Below are positions 41,179 through 51,085 of a DNA stretch of 61,640 nucleotides, piece by piece; position 1 is the first letter of the stretch; every line of letters begins with the position of its first letter. The stretch is from Bacillota bacterium (GTDB lineage: Bacteria > Bacillota > Clostridia > Oscillospirales > SIG627). The DNA lies in NCBI GenBank assembly GCA_029006345.1, contig JAQXGK010000075.1, positions 1 to 61,640 of the forward strand, in the 5' to 3' direction. The notes under the pieces were generated by a model. The model did no database searches and had not been told where the DNA came from. It was given only the letters and a program-made list of their open reading frames with translations. Made by a program: the position numbers and the translations under genes.

Positions 41179-41196
41179 GAAAGAAGGCAAACACAA

Positions 41197-42381
41197 ATGA
41201 AGGAATTTGAACTGAAATACGGCTGCAACCCCAATCAGAAGCCGGCTAAAATATTCATGCACGACGGAAGCGACCTCCCTGTAGAAATACTCAGCGGCAG
41301 ACCCGGATATATCAATTTTCTCGACGCTTTCAATTCGTGGCAGCTGGTCCGCGAGCTGAAGGACGCGCTCGGACTGCCGTGCGCGACCTCCTTTAAGCAC
41401 GTCAGCCCCACCTCCGCCGCGCTGGGCTTAAAGCTCCCCGACAATCTTAAAAAGGCCTGCTTTGTAGACGATATCGAGGATCTCGATTCGTCCCCCCTCG
41501 CCTGCGCTTATGCAAGAGCGCGCGGCACGGATAGAATGTCCTCCTACGGCGACTGGATTGCGCTGAGCGACAAATGCGACCTCACTACCGCAAAGCTCAT
41601 CAGCCGCGAGGTTTCCGACGGTGTCATCGCCCCCGACTACGACCCGGACGCGCTCGCCCTTCTTAAAGAAAAGCGCAAGGGCGCATACAACATAATTAAA
41701 ATCGACGAAGGCTACCGCCCTGACCCCATCGAGCACAAGCAGGTGTTCGGAGTCACCTTCGAGCAGGGCAGGAACGAGTTCAAAATCAACCGTGAGCTTC
41801 TCGACAATCTTGTTACCGAAAACAAGGAGATGCCCGACAGCGCCAAGCGCGACCTTATTGTGGCGCTCATCACGCTCAAGTACACTCAGTCGAATTCCGT
41901 CTGCTACGCGGTAGACGGTCAGGCCATCGGCGTCGGCGCAGGCCAGCAGTCGAGAATTCACTGTACCCGTCTTGCCGGCAACAAAGCGGATATCTGGCAT
42001 CTCCGTCAGCATCCCAAGGTTCTTTCACTTCCCTTCCTCGACTCCTTTGCCCGCGCAAACCGCGACAATGCCATAGACGTATATATTTCAGATGATGACG
42101 AGGACGTTCTTGCAGAAGGCGTTTGGCAGCAGTTCTTCAAGTACAAGCCGGAACCGCTCACCCGCGACGAAAAGAAGGAATACCTTTCGAAAATCAAGGG
42201 GATCGCCCTCGGAAGCGACGCGTTCTTCCCGTTTGACGACAATATCATACGCGCTTGGCGCAGCGGTGTTTCGTATATCGCCGAGCCCGGCGGTTCAATT
42301 CGCGACCAGATAGTAATCGATACATGCAACAGACTCGGAATCTCCATGGCGTTCACCGGAATGCGTTTGTTCCATCATTGA
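41197..42381 (+). CDS. purH: AICAR formyltransferase (PurH transformylase domain only)
   Basis: 394 aa starting ELKYGCNPNQ. The N-terminal MGS-like cyclohydrolase domain of bifunctional PurH is absent. Confidence 0.8.
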   Translation: MKEFELKYGCNPNQKPAKIFMHDGSDLPVEILSGRPGYINFLDAFNSWQLVRELKDALGLPCATSFKHVSPTSAALGLKLPDNLKKACFVDDIEDLDSSPLACAYARARGTDRMSSYGDWIALSDKCDLTTAKLISREVSDGVIAPDYDPDALALLKEKRKGAYNIIKIDEGYRPDPIEHKQVFGVTFEQGRNEFKINRELLDNLVTENKEMPDSAKRDLIVALITLKYTQSNSVCYAVDGQAIGVGAGQQSRIHCTRLAGNKADIWHLRQHPKVLSLPFLDSFARANRDNAIDVYISDDDEDVLAEGVWQQFFKYKPEPLTRDEKKEYLSKIKGIALGSDAFFPFDDNIIRAWRSGVSYIAEPGGSIRDQIVIDTCNRLGISMAFTGMRLFHH

Positions 42382-42406
42382 TTTTACCCGAAAGGACATA
42401 TTCAAA

Positions 42407-43669
42407 ATGAAAATAATGGTTGTCGGAGGCGGCGGCAGAGAGCACGCCATAATCAAAAGCCTCAAAAAGAACCCCGAAGTGACAGAGATATTTGCTCTTC
42501 CCGGAAACGGAGGCATCGCCGCAGACGCCGCCTGTGTTCCCATCGGAGCGAAGGATATCGACGGCATCTGCGCCTTTGCAAAAGAAAACAAAATAGATTT
42601 TGCCGTAGTCGCACCGGACGACCCGCTTGTTTTGGGCGCCGTAGACGCGCTCGAAGCGCTCGGAATCCCCTGCTTCGGCCCGCGTTCAAATGCCGCAATA
42701 ATCGAGGGAAGCAAAGTTTTTTCAAAAAATCTTATGAAAAAATACGGCATTCCGACCGCCGCCTATGAGGTCTTTTCGGACATGGATTCGGCACTCAGAT
42801 ATATCGAAACCGCGCCGATACCCACAGTTATCAAGGCTGACGGCCTTGCTCTCGGAAAGGGCGTCGTAATAGCCGAAACAAGAGAAGCCGCCGCAAACGC
42901 CGTTCGTTCCATGATGCAAGATAAAATATTCGGCGAAAGCGGAAGCAATATCGTAATAGAAGAGTTTCTCACCGGCCCAGAGGTCTCGGTGCTTTCGTTC
43001 ACCGACGGCAAAACACTGATCCCCATGGTCTCGTCAATGGACCATAAGCGGGCGCTGGACGGCGACAAGGGCCTCAATACCGGCGGAATGGGTACCGTTG
43101 CACCCAACCCGTATTACACGGATGAGATAGCCCGGGAATGTATGGAGAAAATCTTTATTCCCACCATGAATGCAATGAACGCCGAGGGCAGAACCTTCAA
43201 GGGCTGTCTCTACTTCGGGCTCATGCTTACCCCCGACGGACCGCGCGTCATTGAATACAACTGCCGTTTCGGCGACCCCGAAACACAGGTAGTTCTTCCG
43301 CTTCTCGAAAGCGACCTGTTTACGATAATGAAGGCAGTCGCAGAGGAAAACCTCTCGCAAACCGAGGTCAGGTTCAGAGACGGCAGCGCCTGCTGCGTTG
43401 TCGTTGCCTCCGAAGGATATCCGCAGAAATACGAAACGGGATTTGAAATAGAAATGCCCGCAGACTCAAACATATTCGTAGCCGGAGCCAAGCTCAGCGA
43501 CAGCGGCGCTCTGGTAACAAGCGGCGGACGGGTTCTCGGAGTAACCGAGACCGCCCCCACTCTCGAGGAAGCGATAAGGAAAGCATATGCCCAAACAGAA
43601 AAGGTGCATTTCAAGGGCGCATACCACCGCAGCGATATAGGAAAGCGGGCGCTCGCCGCATTGAAATAA
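42407..43669 (+). CDS. purD: GAR synthetase
   Basis: 420 aa with MVVGGGGREHA and an ATP-grasp core. Confidence 0.9.
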   Translation: MKIMVVGGGGREHAIIKSLKKNPEVTEIFALPGNGGIAADAACVPIGAKDIDGICAFAKENKIDFAVVAPDDPLVLGAVDALEALGIPCFGPRSNAAIIEGSKVFSKNLMKKYGIPTAAYEVFSDMDSALRYIETAPIPTVIKADGLALGKGVVIAETREAAANAVRSMMQDKIFGESGSNIVIEEFLTGPEVSVLSFTDGKTLIPMVSSMDHKRALDGDKGLNTGGMGTVAPNPYYTDEIARECMEKIFIPTMNAMNAEGRTFKGCLYFGLMLTPDGPRVIEYNCRFGDPETQVVLPLLESDLFTIMKAVAEENLSQTEVRFRDGSACCVVVASEGYPQKYETGFEIEMPADSNIFVAGAKLSDSGALVTSGGRVLGVTETAPTLEEAIRKAYAQTEKVHFKGAYHRSDIGKRALAALK

Positions 43670-43703
43670 GCTTCAACCCATATAACGAAAGGATTTGTCA
43701 CAT

Positions 43704-46700
43704 ATGGTTTACAGAGTATTTGTCGAAAAGAAAAGCTCTCTTGCCAATGAAGCGGACTCTCTTCTGAATGAAATTCGCTCATTTCTCGGCATAACGGCTC
43801 TCACCGGTCTTCGTATAGTCAACCGTTACGATGTCGAAAATATAGATGAAGAACTTTTCCGTTCCTGCATAGCCACCGTCTTCTCAGAACCGCAGCTCGA
43901 CCGTGTCTCATACGAGCTTGAGACCGGCGACAGTAAGGTTTTCGCTGTTGAATATCTTCCCGGACAGTTTGATATACGCGCCGATTCCGCGGCACAGTGC
44001 ATACAGATCATCTCACAGAAGGAAAGACCGCTTGTCAGAGCGGCTAAAGTATATATACTCAGTGGTCAGCTGACGGACGCGGATGTGGAGAAAATCAAGA
44101 AATATGTCATCAATCCCGTTCACAGCCGCGAAGCATCGCTGGAAAAATGCGACACACTCCGCGCAAACTACGAAATGCCCACCGAGGTCCGCGTGCTTGA
44201 CGGCTTTATTTCGCTCGACAGCGACGGCCTTAACGCTTTTCTTGCGGAAAACGGTCTTGCTATGGATATAGATGATCTGAAATTCTGTCAGGACTACTTC
44301 AAGAGCGAGAACCGCGAGCCTACTATCACCGAAATCAAGATGATAGATACCTATTGGTCGGATCACTGCCGCCATACAACATTTTTGACTACGATAGACA
44401 GCGTCACCTTTGAAGACAAGGAAATTGAGGACGCTTACAATGAATATCTCGCAACAAGAAAAGAAATCGGCAGAACAAAGCCGATAAATCTTATGGATAT
44501 TGCAACCATCGCAGTCAGATATCTGAAGAAAGAAGGCAAGCTCGACCGTCTCGACGATTCCGAGGAAATAAACGCCTGCACCGTAAAGATAAAGGTTAAA
44601 GTCGACGGAAAAGACGAGGACTGGCTGCTTCTCTTCAAAAACGAGACACACAACCATCCCACCGAAATAGAGCCGTTCGGAGGAGCCGCAACCTGTATCG
44701 GCGGCGCTATACGCGACCCGCTCTCCGGCCGTTCGTATGTATATGCGGCAATGCGCGTCACCGGCGCGGCAGATCCTCTTGTTCCGGTCAGCGCCACCCT
44801 TGAGGGAAAGCTGTCCCAAAGACAAATCGTTACCACAGCCGCTAACGGCTACAGCTCATACGGCAACCAGATAGGACTTGCAACAGGCCAGGTGGACGAA
44901 TTGTATCACCCCGGTTACGCCGCTAAGCGAATGGAAATCGGCGCCGTAATAGCCGCCGCTCCTCAGAAAAATGTGCGCCGCGAGCGACCCGAACCCGGAG
45001 ATATAGTTATCCTTTTGGGCGGAAGAACCGGCAGAGACGGCTGCGGCGGAGCAACAGGCTCGTCAAAGGCACATAAGCTGTCCAGCCTCGAAAGCTGCGG
45101 AGCAGAGGTTCAAAAGGGCAATGCACCGGAGGAAAGAAAACTTCAGCGTCTCTTCCGTTCCGGGGAAGCGTCAAGACTCATCAAGCGCTGCAACGACTTC
45201 GGCGCGGGCGGTGTATCTGTGGCAATAGGAGAACTGGCAGACGGTCTCGATATCGACCTGAACGCGGTTCCCAAGAAATATGACGGTCTCGACGGCACAG
45301 AGCTTGCGATAAGCGAGTCACAGGAGCGAATGGCAGTCGTCGTTGCACCCGAGGACGCAGAGCGCTTCAAAGCTCTCGCATACAGCGAAAACCTCGAAGC
45401 TACGGTAGTAGCCGTTGTAAAAGCCGAGCCCAGACTGACTATGACCTGGAACGGCAAGCAGATAGTTGATATTTCGCGCGAGTTTTTGAATTCAAACGGA
45501 GCCGAAAAGCATATTGCTGTCTCTGCGTCAGCGGCAAAGCCGTTTGACAAGCAGATCCCCTCCGAATTTTCGTCCGGCATGAAAGCCCTCGCGGGCGACC
45601 TGAACGTTTGTTCCAAGCGCGGTCTCAGCGAGCGCTTCGACTCGACCATCGGAGCCGGCACGGTTCTCATGCCGTTCGGCGGCAAGTATCAGCGTACGCC
45701 GATACAAGCTATGGTAAATAAGGTTTCGGTTGAAAAAAGCTCTACCGACACCTGCTCTCTCATGGCCTGGGGCTATAACCCCTTCATCTCCGAAAAGAGC
45801 CCGTTCCACGGCGCATATCTTGCCGTAATAGAATCGGTTTCTAAGCTGATTGCGGCAGGCGCATCCTTTGACGAGGTGTATCTCACCTTCCAGGAATATT
45901 TTGAAAAGCCCATGCGCGACCCCAAGCGTTGGGGCAAACCGCTTTCTGCTCTGCTCGGTGCATTCCGGGCACAAAAGGAGCTCTCCATCGCCGCAATCGG
46001 CGGCAAGGACTCCATGAGCGGAAGCTTTGAGAATATTGACGTTCCTCCCACGCTTGTATCTTTTGCGGTAACAACAGCGGATTCCGGCGATATAATCTCC
46101 CCCGAATTCAAGGCAGGCGGTCACAAAACGGTGTTGCTGACTCCCGAATATGACAAAAACGGCATACCGAAAACTCAGTCTCTTATTTCTCTGTATAATC
46201 TTGTAAACAAGATGATTACATCAAATGCGGCTGTCAGCGCTTATACTCCCACCTACGGCGGTGTCGCCGAAGCGGTAATGAAAATGTGCTTCGGAAACAG
46301 ACTCGGCTTCGACTTTTCGGACTCCCTGTCACTTGACGATATATTCGGATATAAATACGGCGCTTTTGTCCTCGAGCTCGCACGCGACTGCGACCTTTCC
46401 GGCGCAAATTGCACCGTTCTCGGTTTTACGACCGATAAGTCCGCCGTAACATTAGGACAAGACACAGTATCGCTTACAGAGCTCTCCGATATATACGAGG
46501 GCAAGCTTGAACCCGTATTCCGCTGCAATATCGAGTGCAGCACGGCGCCTGTTCCAGCATTCTCGTACAAAGCGTCTTCCTATCCGTCTCCCAAAGTATC
46601 CGCGGCGCGTCCCAGAGCACTCATACCCGTATTCCCCGGCACTAACTGCGAATACGACACGGCCAAGGCTCTCACACTTGCCGGCGCAGACGCCGAAATA

Positions 46701-47405
46701 TTTGTAATCAACAACCTTACTCCCAAAGGCATCTCGGATTCCGTCAGTGCATTCGCCGAAAAGCTGAAAAGCGCTCAGATAGTATTTATTCCCGGCGGGT
46801 TTTCCGGCGGAGATGAGCCTGACGGAAGCGGAAAATTTATCACGGCATTCTTCCGTAACGGCGCGATTTCAAATGAAGTTAATAATCTTCTCAAAAACCG
46901 TGACGGTCTCATGTGCGGCATCTGCAACGGCTTCCAGGCTCTCATAAAGCTCGGCCTCGTCCCGTACGGAGAAATCGTAGAAGTCCGTGAAGACTCGCCC
47001 ACGCTGACCTTCAATACCATCGGCAGACATCAGTCAATGCTGGTCCGCACACGCGTTGCCTCCAACAAGTCCCCGTGGCTTATGAACACCTCTGTCGGCG
47101 ATATATATACCGTTCCGATTTCCCACGGCGAAGGGCGTTTCCTGGCAGGCGAAGACCTTGTCCGTGAGCTTGCTCTCAATGGACAGATAGCTACCCAGTA
47201 CGTCGATTTAGACGGCAACCCCACCTCGGACATCGCCTTCAACCCCAATAATTCGGTTATGGCGGTCGAGGGTATAACCTCCGCCGACGGCAGAGTCCTC
47301 GGAAAAATGGGGCACTCCGAGCGCATCGGTCATGACCTCTATAAAAATGTCGAGGGAAATTACGACATGGGGCTGTTTGCCTCCGCCGTCAAGTATTTCA
47401 AATAA
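43704..47405 (+). CDS. purL: FGAM synthase, single-chain large type
   Basis: About 1233 aa from the ATG at 43704 (SD GAAAGGA 10 nt upstream; the track start TTG at 43695 is too close to the SD). ETHNHPT, and a C-terminal GATase with GICNGFQ. Confidence 0.9.
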   Translation: MVYRVFVEKKSSLANEADSLLNEIRSFLGITALTGLRIVNRYDVENIDEELFRSCIATVFSEPQLDRVSYELETGDSKVFAVEYLPGQFDIRADSAAQCIQIISQKERPLVRAAKVYILSGQLTDADVEKIKKYVINPVHSREASLEKCDTLRANYEMPTEVRVLDGFISLDSDGLNAFLAENGLAMDIDDLKFCQDYFKSENREPTITEIKMIDTYWSDHCRHTTFLTTIDSVTFEDKEIEDAYNEYLATRKEIGRTKPINLMDIATIAVRYLKKEGKLDRLDDSEEINACTVKIKVKVDGKDEDWLLLFKNETHNHPTEIEPFGGAATCIGGAIRDPLSGRSYVYAAMRVTGAADPLVPVSATLEGKLSQRQIVTTAANGYSSYGNQIGLATGQVDELYHPGYAAKRMEIGAVIAAAPQKNVRRERPEPGDIVILLGGRTGRDGCGGATGSSKAHKLSSLESCGAEVQKGNAPEERKLQRLFRSGEASRLIKRCNDFGAGGVSVAIGELADGLDIDLNAVPKKYDGLDGTELAISESQERMAVVVAPEDAERFKALAYSENLEATVVAVVKAEPRLTMTWNGKQIVDISREFLNSNGAEKHIAVSASAAKPFDKQIPSEFSSGMKALAGDLNVCSKRGLSERFDSTIGAGTVLMPFGGKYQRTPIQAMVNKVSVEKSSTDTCSLMAWGYNPFISEKSPFHGAYLAVIESVSKLIAAGASFDEVYLTFQEYFEKPMRDPKRWGKPLSALLGAFRAQKELSIAAIGGKDSMSGSFENIDVPPTLVSFAVTTADSGDIISPEFKAGGHKTVLLTPEYDKNGIPKTQSLISLYNLVNKMITSNAAVSAYTPTYGGVAEAVMKMCFGNRLGFDFSDSLSLDDIFGYKYGAFVLELARDCDLSGANCTVLGFTTDKSAVTLGQDTVSLTELSDIYEGKLEPVFRCNIECSTAPVPAFSYKASSYPSPKVSAARPRALIPVFPGTNCEYDTAKALTLAGADAEIFVINNLTPKGISDSVSAFAEKLKSAQIVFIPGGFSGGDEPDGSGKFITAFFRNGAISNEVNNLLKNRDGLMCGICNGFQALIKLGLVPYGEIVEVREDSPTLTFNTIGRHQSMLVRTRVASNKSPWLMNTSVGDIYTVPISHGEGRFLAGEDLVRELALNGQIATQYVDLDGNPTSDIAFNPNNSVMAVEGITSADGRVLGKMGHSERIGHDLYKNVEGNYDMGLFASAVKYFK

Positions 47406-47435
47406 TACTCAGTGAAGGAAAGGAAATATCACACA

Positions 47436-49103
47436 ATGAAAAGCGATATCGAAATAGCTCAGTCGGTGGAAATGAAGCCCATTTCCGAAATAGCCGGGCT
47501 TGCCGGAATAGATGAGAAGTATCTCGAGCATTACGGCAGATACAAAGCAAAAATCGATCTTTCACTTTTGCGTGAGAACAACCGTCAAAACGGCAAGCTC
47601 GTCCTTGTCACGGCGATAAATCCGACTCCCGCCGGTGAAGGTAAGACCACCACTACTATAGGTCTTGCCGACGGTCTGCGCTCCATCGGCAAAAACGCCG
47701 TTGTTGCTCTGCGCGAGCCGTCCCTCGGACCGGTTTTCGGGATTAAAGGCGGCGCGGCAGGCGGCGGCTGGTCGCAGGTTGTGCCGATGGAGGATATCAA
47801 TCTCCATTTCACGGGCGATTTTCATGCCATCGGCGCGGCAAACAATCTGCTTGCTGCTATGCTCGACAATCACATATATCAGGGAAACGCTCTGGGCATT
47901 GACCCCCGCCGCATAACTTGGCACCGCTGTGTAGATATGAACGATCGTCAGCTCAGAAATGTTGTAGACGGCCTCGGCGGCAAGACAAACGGTATCCCTC
48001 GCGAAGACAGCTACGATATTACGGTTGCCTCCGAAATCATGGCGGTTCTTTGCCTTGCCGATTCAATAACCGACTTGAAAAATCGCCTTTCCGAAATAAT
48101 CGTCGGATATACCTACTCGGGAGAGCCGGTCAGAGCACGCGACCTCAAGGCCGAGGGCGCAATGGCGGCGCTGCTCAAGGACGCACTCAAGCCCAATCTC
48201 GTTCAGACTCTCGGAGGGACACCGGCGTTGGTACACGGCGGACCGTTTGCGAATATAGCACACGGCTGCAACTCGGTAACGGCAACCAAAATGGCTATGA
48301 AGCTTGGCGACTATGCCATCACCGAAGCCGGCTTCGGCGCCGACCTCGGCGCGGAAAAGTTTCTGGATATCAAGTGCCGTCTTGCGGGGCTCAAGCCCTC
48401 TGCGGTAGTAATTGTTGCGACAGTCCGCGCACTAAAGCACCACGGCGGCGCGGCTCTTGATAAGCTCTCCGAAGAAAACCTTTCGGCGCTTGAAAACGGC
48501 ATCCCCAATCTCCTGCGCCACGCAACTAACATAAAGAATGTTTACCGCCTGCCGTCAGTCGTTGCGATAAATCGCTTCCCCACCGATACCGACCGCGAAA
48601 TCTCCCTCATTCAGGAGAAATGCCGCTCTCTCGGCATAAATGCTGTACTGTCCAACGTTTGGGCAGAAGGCGGCAAGGGCGGTGAAGAACTTGCCCGCGA
48701 AGTCGTCAGCCTTTGCGAACAGCCCTCGGACTTCTCGTTTTGCTACAGCTTAGATGACACCGTTGAGAATAAAATCACCGCTATCGCTCAGCGCATTTAC
48801 GGTGCTGACGGTGTCAGCTTCACAGACCAGGCGAAAGCGCAGATTGAGTCGCTCACCTCGCTCGGCTACGGCAGTCTTCCGATTTGCATAGCCAAAACTC
48901 AGTATAGCTTTTCGGATAATATGTCACTTCTCGGCGCACCGCAAGGCTTTAATATTACCGTGCGAAATGTTAAGGTGTCGGCCGGTGCCGGCTTCATAGT
49001 TGCCCTGACCGGCAATATAATGACAATGCCCGGTCTCCCGAAAGTCCCTGCGGCTGAAAAGATAGATGTTGACGAAAACGGCAGGATAAGCGGACTGTTC
49101 TGA
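47436..49103 (+). CDS. fhs: formate-tetrahydrofolate ligase
   Basis: 555 aa from the ATG at 47436. SDIEIAQ, and P-loop [14 protein letters not shown]. Confidence 0.9.
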   Translation: MKSDIEIAQSVEMKPISEIAGLAGIDEKYLEHYGRYKAKIDLSLLRENNRQNGKLVLVTAINPTPAGEGKTTTTIGLADGLRSIGKNAVVALREPSLGPVFGIKGGAAGGGWSQVVPMEDINLHFTGDFHAIGAANNLLAAMLDNHIYQGNALGIDPRRITWHRCVDMNDRQLRNVVDGLGGKTNGIPREDSYDITVASEIMAVLCLADSITDLKNRLSEIIVGYTYSGEPVRARDLKAEGAMAALLKDALKPNLVQTLGGTPALVHGGPFANIAHGCNSVTATKMAMKLGDYAITEAGFGADLGAEKFLDIKCRLAGLKPSAVVIVATVRALKHHGGAALDKLSEENLSALENGIPNLLRHATNIKNVYRLPSVVAINRFPTDTDREISLIQEKCRSLGINAVLSNVWAEGGKGGEELAREVVSLCEQPSDFSFCYSLDDTVENKITAIAQRIYGADGVSFTDQAKAQIESLTSLGYGSLPICIAKTQYSFSDNMSLLGAPQGFNITVRNVKVSAGAGFIVALTGNIMTMPGLPKVPAAEKIDVDENGRISGLF

Positions 49104-49115
49104 TGTAAAATACAC

Positions 49116-49147
49116 GAAGCAAGCCTTGATGGCTTGCTTCTTTTTGT
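49116..49147 (+). terminator. Rho-independent terminator closing the pur-fhs operon
   Basis: GAAGCAAGCC-TTGAT-GGCTTGCTTC followed by TTTTTGTTT. Confidence 0.85.
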
Positions 49148-49295
49148 TTACCGTCTGTGTGTTTTTCCTCAGAGAAAAGCTCCTTTGCCCAGACTCGCCG
49201 AAACCTCTGTTCCGTTCCGGTTTAGCAATCCGCCTTCGGCTTTTTCGCAGCCGACGGTTTAATTACGACCGTCTGACATTACTTTATAGATATAT

Positions 49296-49970
49296 TTACT
49301 TACTGTACGCCTTGTTTCGTTCAAGTTCGAGGTACGCCCGGGCTATCTCGTTTTCAAAGCTGTTCTCGTCTTCGGTAAGCGCTATTGTGCGCAGCTTGAT
49401 TTCATAGTCTCTCAGCGCCTTCTCGCTGTCCAGCGCCAGCTTTTCCTTTTCAAGCGCCAGCTTCTTCTTTGCAGTCTCGTAGTCCCGCTCGTCGTTTTGT
49501 TCCGAGTCGCGCAGCTTCTGCAGGTCGATTCCGTGCTCGCGGTCTCTTTCAATGCCCTTGATCATTGTCTGTAAATAATCCTCGTCGCGCTTTGCCGTCT
49601 CCTCCTCCGCCTGTGCCGCGAGCGAATTTCGAGCCGCGATTTTCTCTGCCTGTAATCTGCTTTTATCGCTGATATACCATTTAGCCAGTTCTGACTGCTC
49701 GGTTGCAAGGAGTGCATTGCCGATAAGAGCGTTTTGAGCAGATTCGCCCGACCTTGACAGTCCGTCCGCCGCATATTTTTCGTTGGCGTTTTTGATTGCA
49801 AGCCTGGTGCCGGATGCCGCGGCCGTTTTCGCGTCATAATAAGGCTTGTCAAGCGCAGTTATCTGTCTGTCATAATCCGCGTCCGATTTTTCGATAAGCG
49901 CGGCATACTTTTTCAAAATCCCGTCGCTTTTCGGAGCTTTAGACGCAATAAAGCTCACTAATGTCCCCAT
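49296..49970 (-). CDS. coiled-coil protein of the phage-like operon (unknown; possibly an internal virion or tail-associated protein)
   Basis: 224 aa, rich in K/E/A heptad-like sequence. An AGGAGG SD is present. It is the last gene of the operon. Confidence 0.45.
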   Translation of the reverse strand: MGTLVSFIASKAPKSDGILKKYAALIEKSDADYDRQITALDKPYYDAKTAAASGTRLAIKNANEKYAADGLSRSGESAQNALIGNALLATEQSELAKWYISDKSRLQAEKIAARNSLAAQAEEETAKRDEDYLQTMIKGIERDREHGIDLQKLRDSEQNDERDYETAKKKLALEKEKLALDSEKALRDYEIKLRTIALTEDENSFENEIARAYLELERNKAYSK

Positions 49971-49988
49971 AAATCCGTTCCTCCTTTT

Positions 49989-51068
49989 TTACAGTCCCAC
50001 ATATTCGATTATCACAATACCGTCGCCGCCCTTTTGCGGTAAGGCTTCAACTGTTTTGGATGCCAATTTGTTGTTCAGTGTTCCGCCTGAGCCGCCGCAG
50101 CCCGCGCCGGGTGACACCTCGTTGACATTACTGCCGCCACAGCCAAACAGACTGTCTGCACCGTCCGGGCTCCCGCCCGTTTCGGATACGGCGTTGTCAT
50201 ATTTTCCGCTTTCGCCTCGTCTTTCAAGTACGGTGTCGGATACTATGTGTCCCGCACGCGACAAATCGCTTCCAGTGCCCTCTGTCACACTGACAAATCG
50301 CTTTTCGGTATTGCTGGCCCCCGGGCAGTGGATAAAGAATCCGATTTCATCCGATCCGAATACTGTCTCTTTCCCCTCGGATTCGGTATAAAGCCGCAGA
50401 TTCTGACCGTAGTATACCTTGTCGATCTCCTCACCGACAGTCAGGCTTTCGGATAAGCCCTTGCCGCCGGCACCTACGCTGATACCGGAAACCGATCCTC
50501 GTTTAAGATAAACAAAGCACTCGACGCAGCCTGCGCTCGCCCCGCCCGGACATGCGATCGACCCGGAATTGTTGTCCCCCACACTCATGGTTCCGCTGCC
50601 GCCGCCACCCGCCATTCTCACCCTGTAAATACCGTCCTTGGGCGCGGTAAATGTATATTCTCCGGCATTTTTGAATATTACAACACCGTAGTTGCTCCCA
50701 AGGGTAAGTGAATTCATAAGCTCGTTTGACAGTTGCTCCGCCGAAATTGAACCGTTGGGCAAAATACCCACCGCAGCGTCTGAAAGTGATAAATCAATGT
50801 AAGACTTGAGTGCCTTCAACTGCGCGCCGACAGTTCTCCCCTCAATGCCGTCTATCGCCGTGTGTCCGATTCTGTCAGCACCGCTCGCGTCCTCGGACGC
50901 GCTCTCAAGCTCCGGAATCAGTACAGTGTTGATATATGTCTGAATATCTACTCCCGCCTTGTCAAACAGCTCCTTGATTCTCGCCGCTGTAAATCCGTTT
51001 TCCGGCGTCGGCCTGTCCGGCATAGCCGAAATAATGCTCATGTCCTGAGTAAACTCGGTAAATTTCAT
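49989..51068 (-). CDS. tail-fibre / receptor-binding-like protein with a glycine-rich C-terminal domain
   Basis: 359 aa. The N-terminus (..PDRPTPENGFTAARIKELFDKAGVDIQTYINTVLIPELE..ADRIGH) resembles phage fibre N-termini I recall. The C-terminus has GGGGSG, GGASAG, GAGGKG and GAGCGGSGG runs. Confidence 0.5.
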   Translation of the reverse strand: MKFTEFTQDMSIISAMPDRPTPENGFTAARIKELFDKAGVDIQTYINTVLIPELESASEDASGADRIGHTAIDGIEGRTVGAQLKALKSYIDLSLSDAAVGILPNGSISAEQLSNELMNSLTLGSNYGVVIFKNAGEYTFTAPKDGIYRVRMAGGGGSGTMSVGDNNSGSIACPGGASAGCVECFVYLKRGSVSGISVGAGGKGLSESLTVGEEIDKVYYGQNLRLYTESEGKETVFGSDEIGFFIHCPGASNTEKRFVSVTEGTGSDLSRAGHIVSDTVLERRGESGKYDNAVSETGGSPDGADSLFGCGGSNVNEVSPGAGCGGSGGTLNNKLASKTVEALPQKGGDGIVIIEYVGL

Positions 51069-51085
51069 TTAAATCTTCCTTTCCG

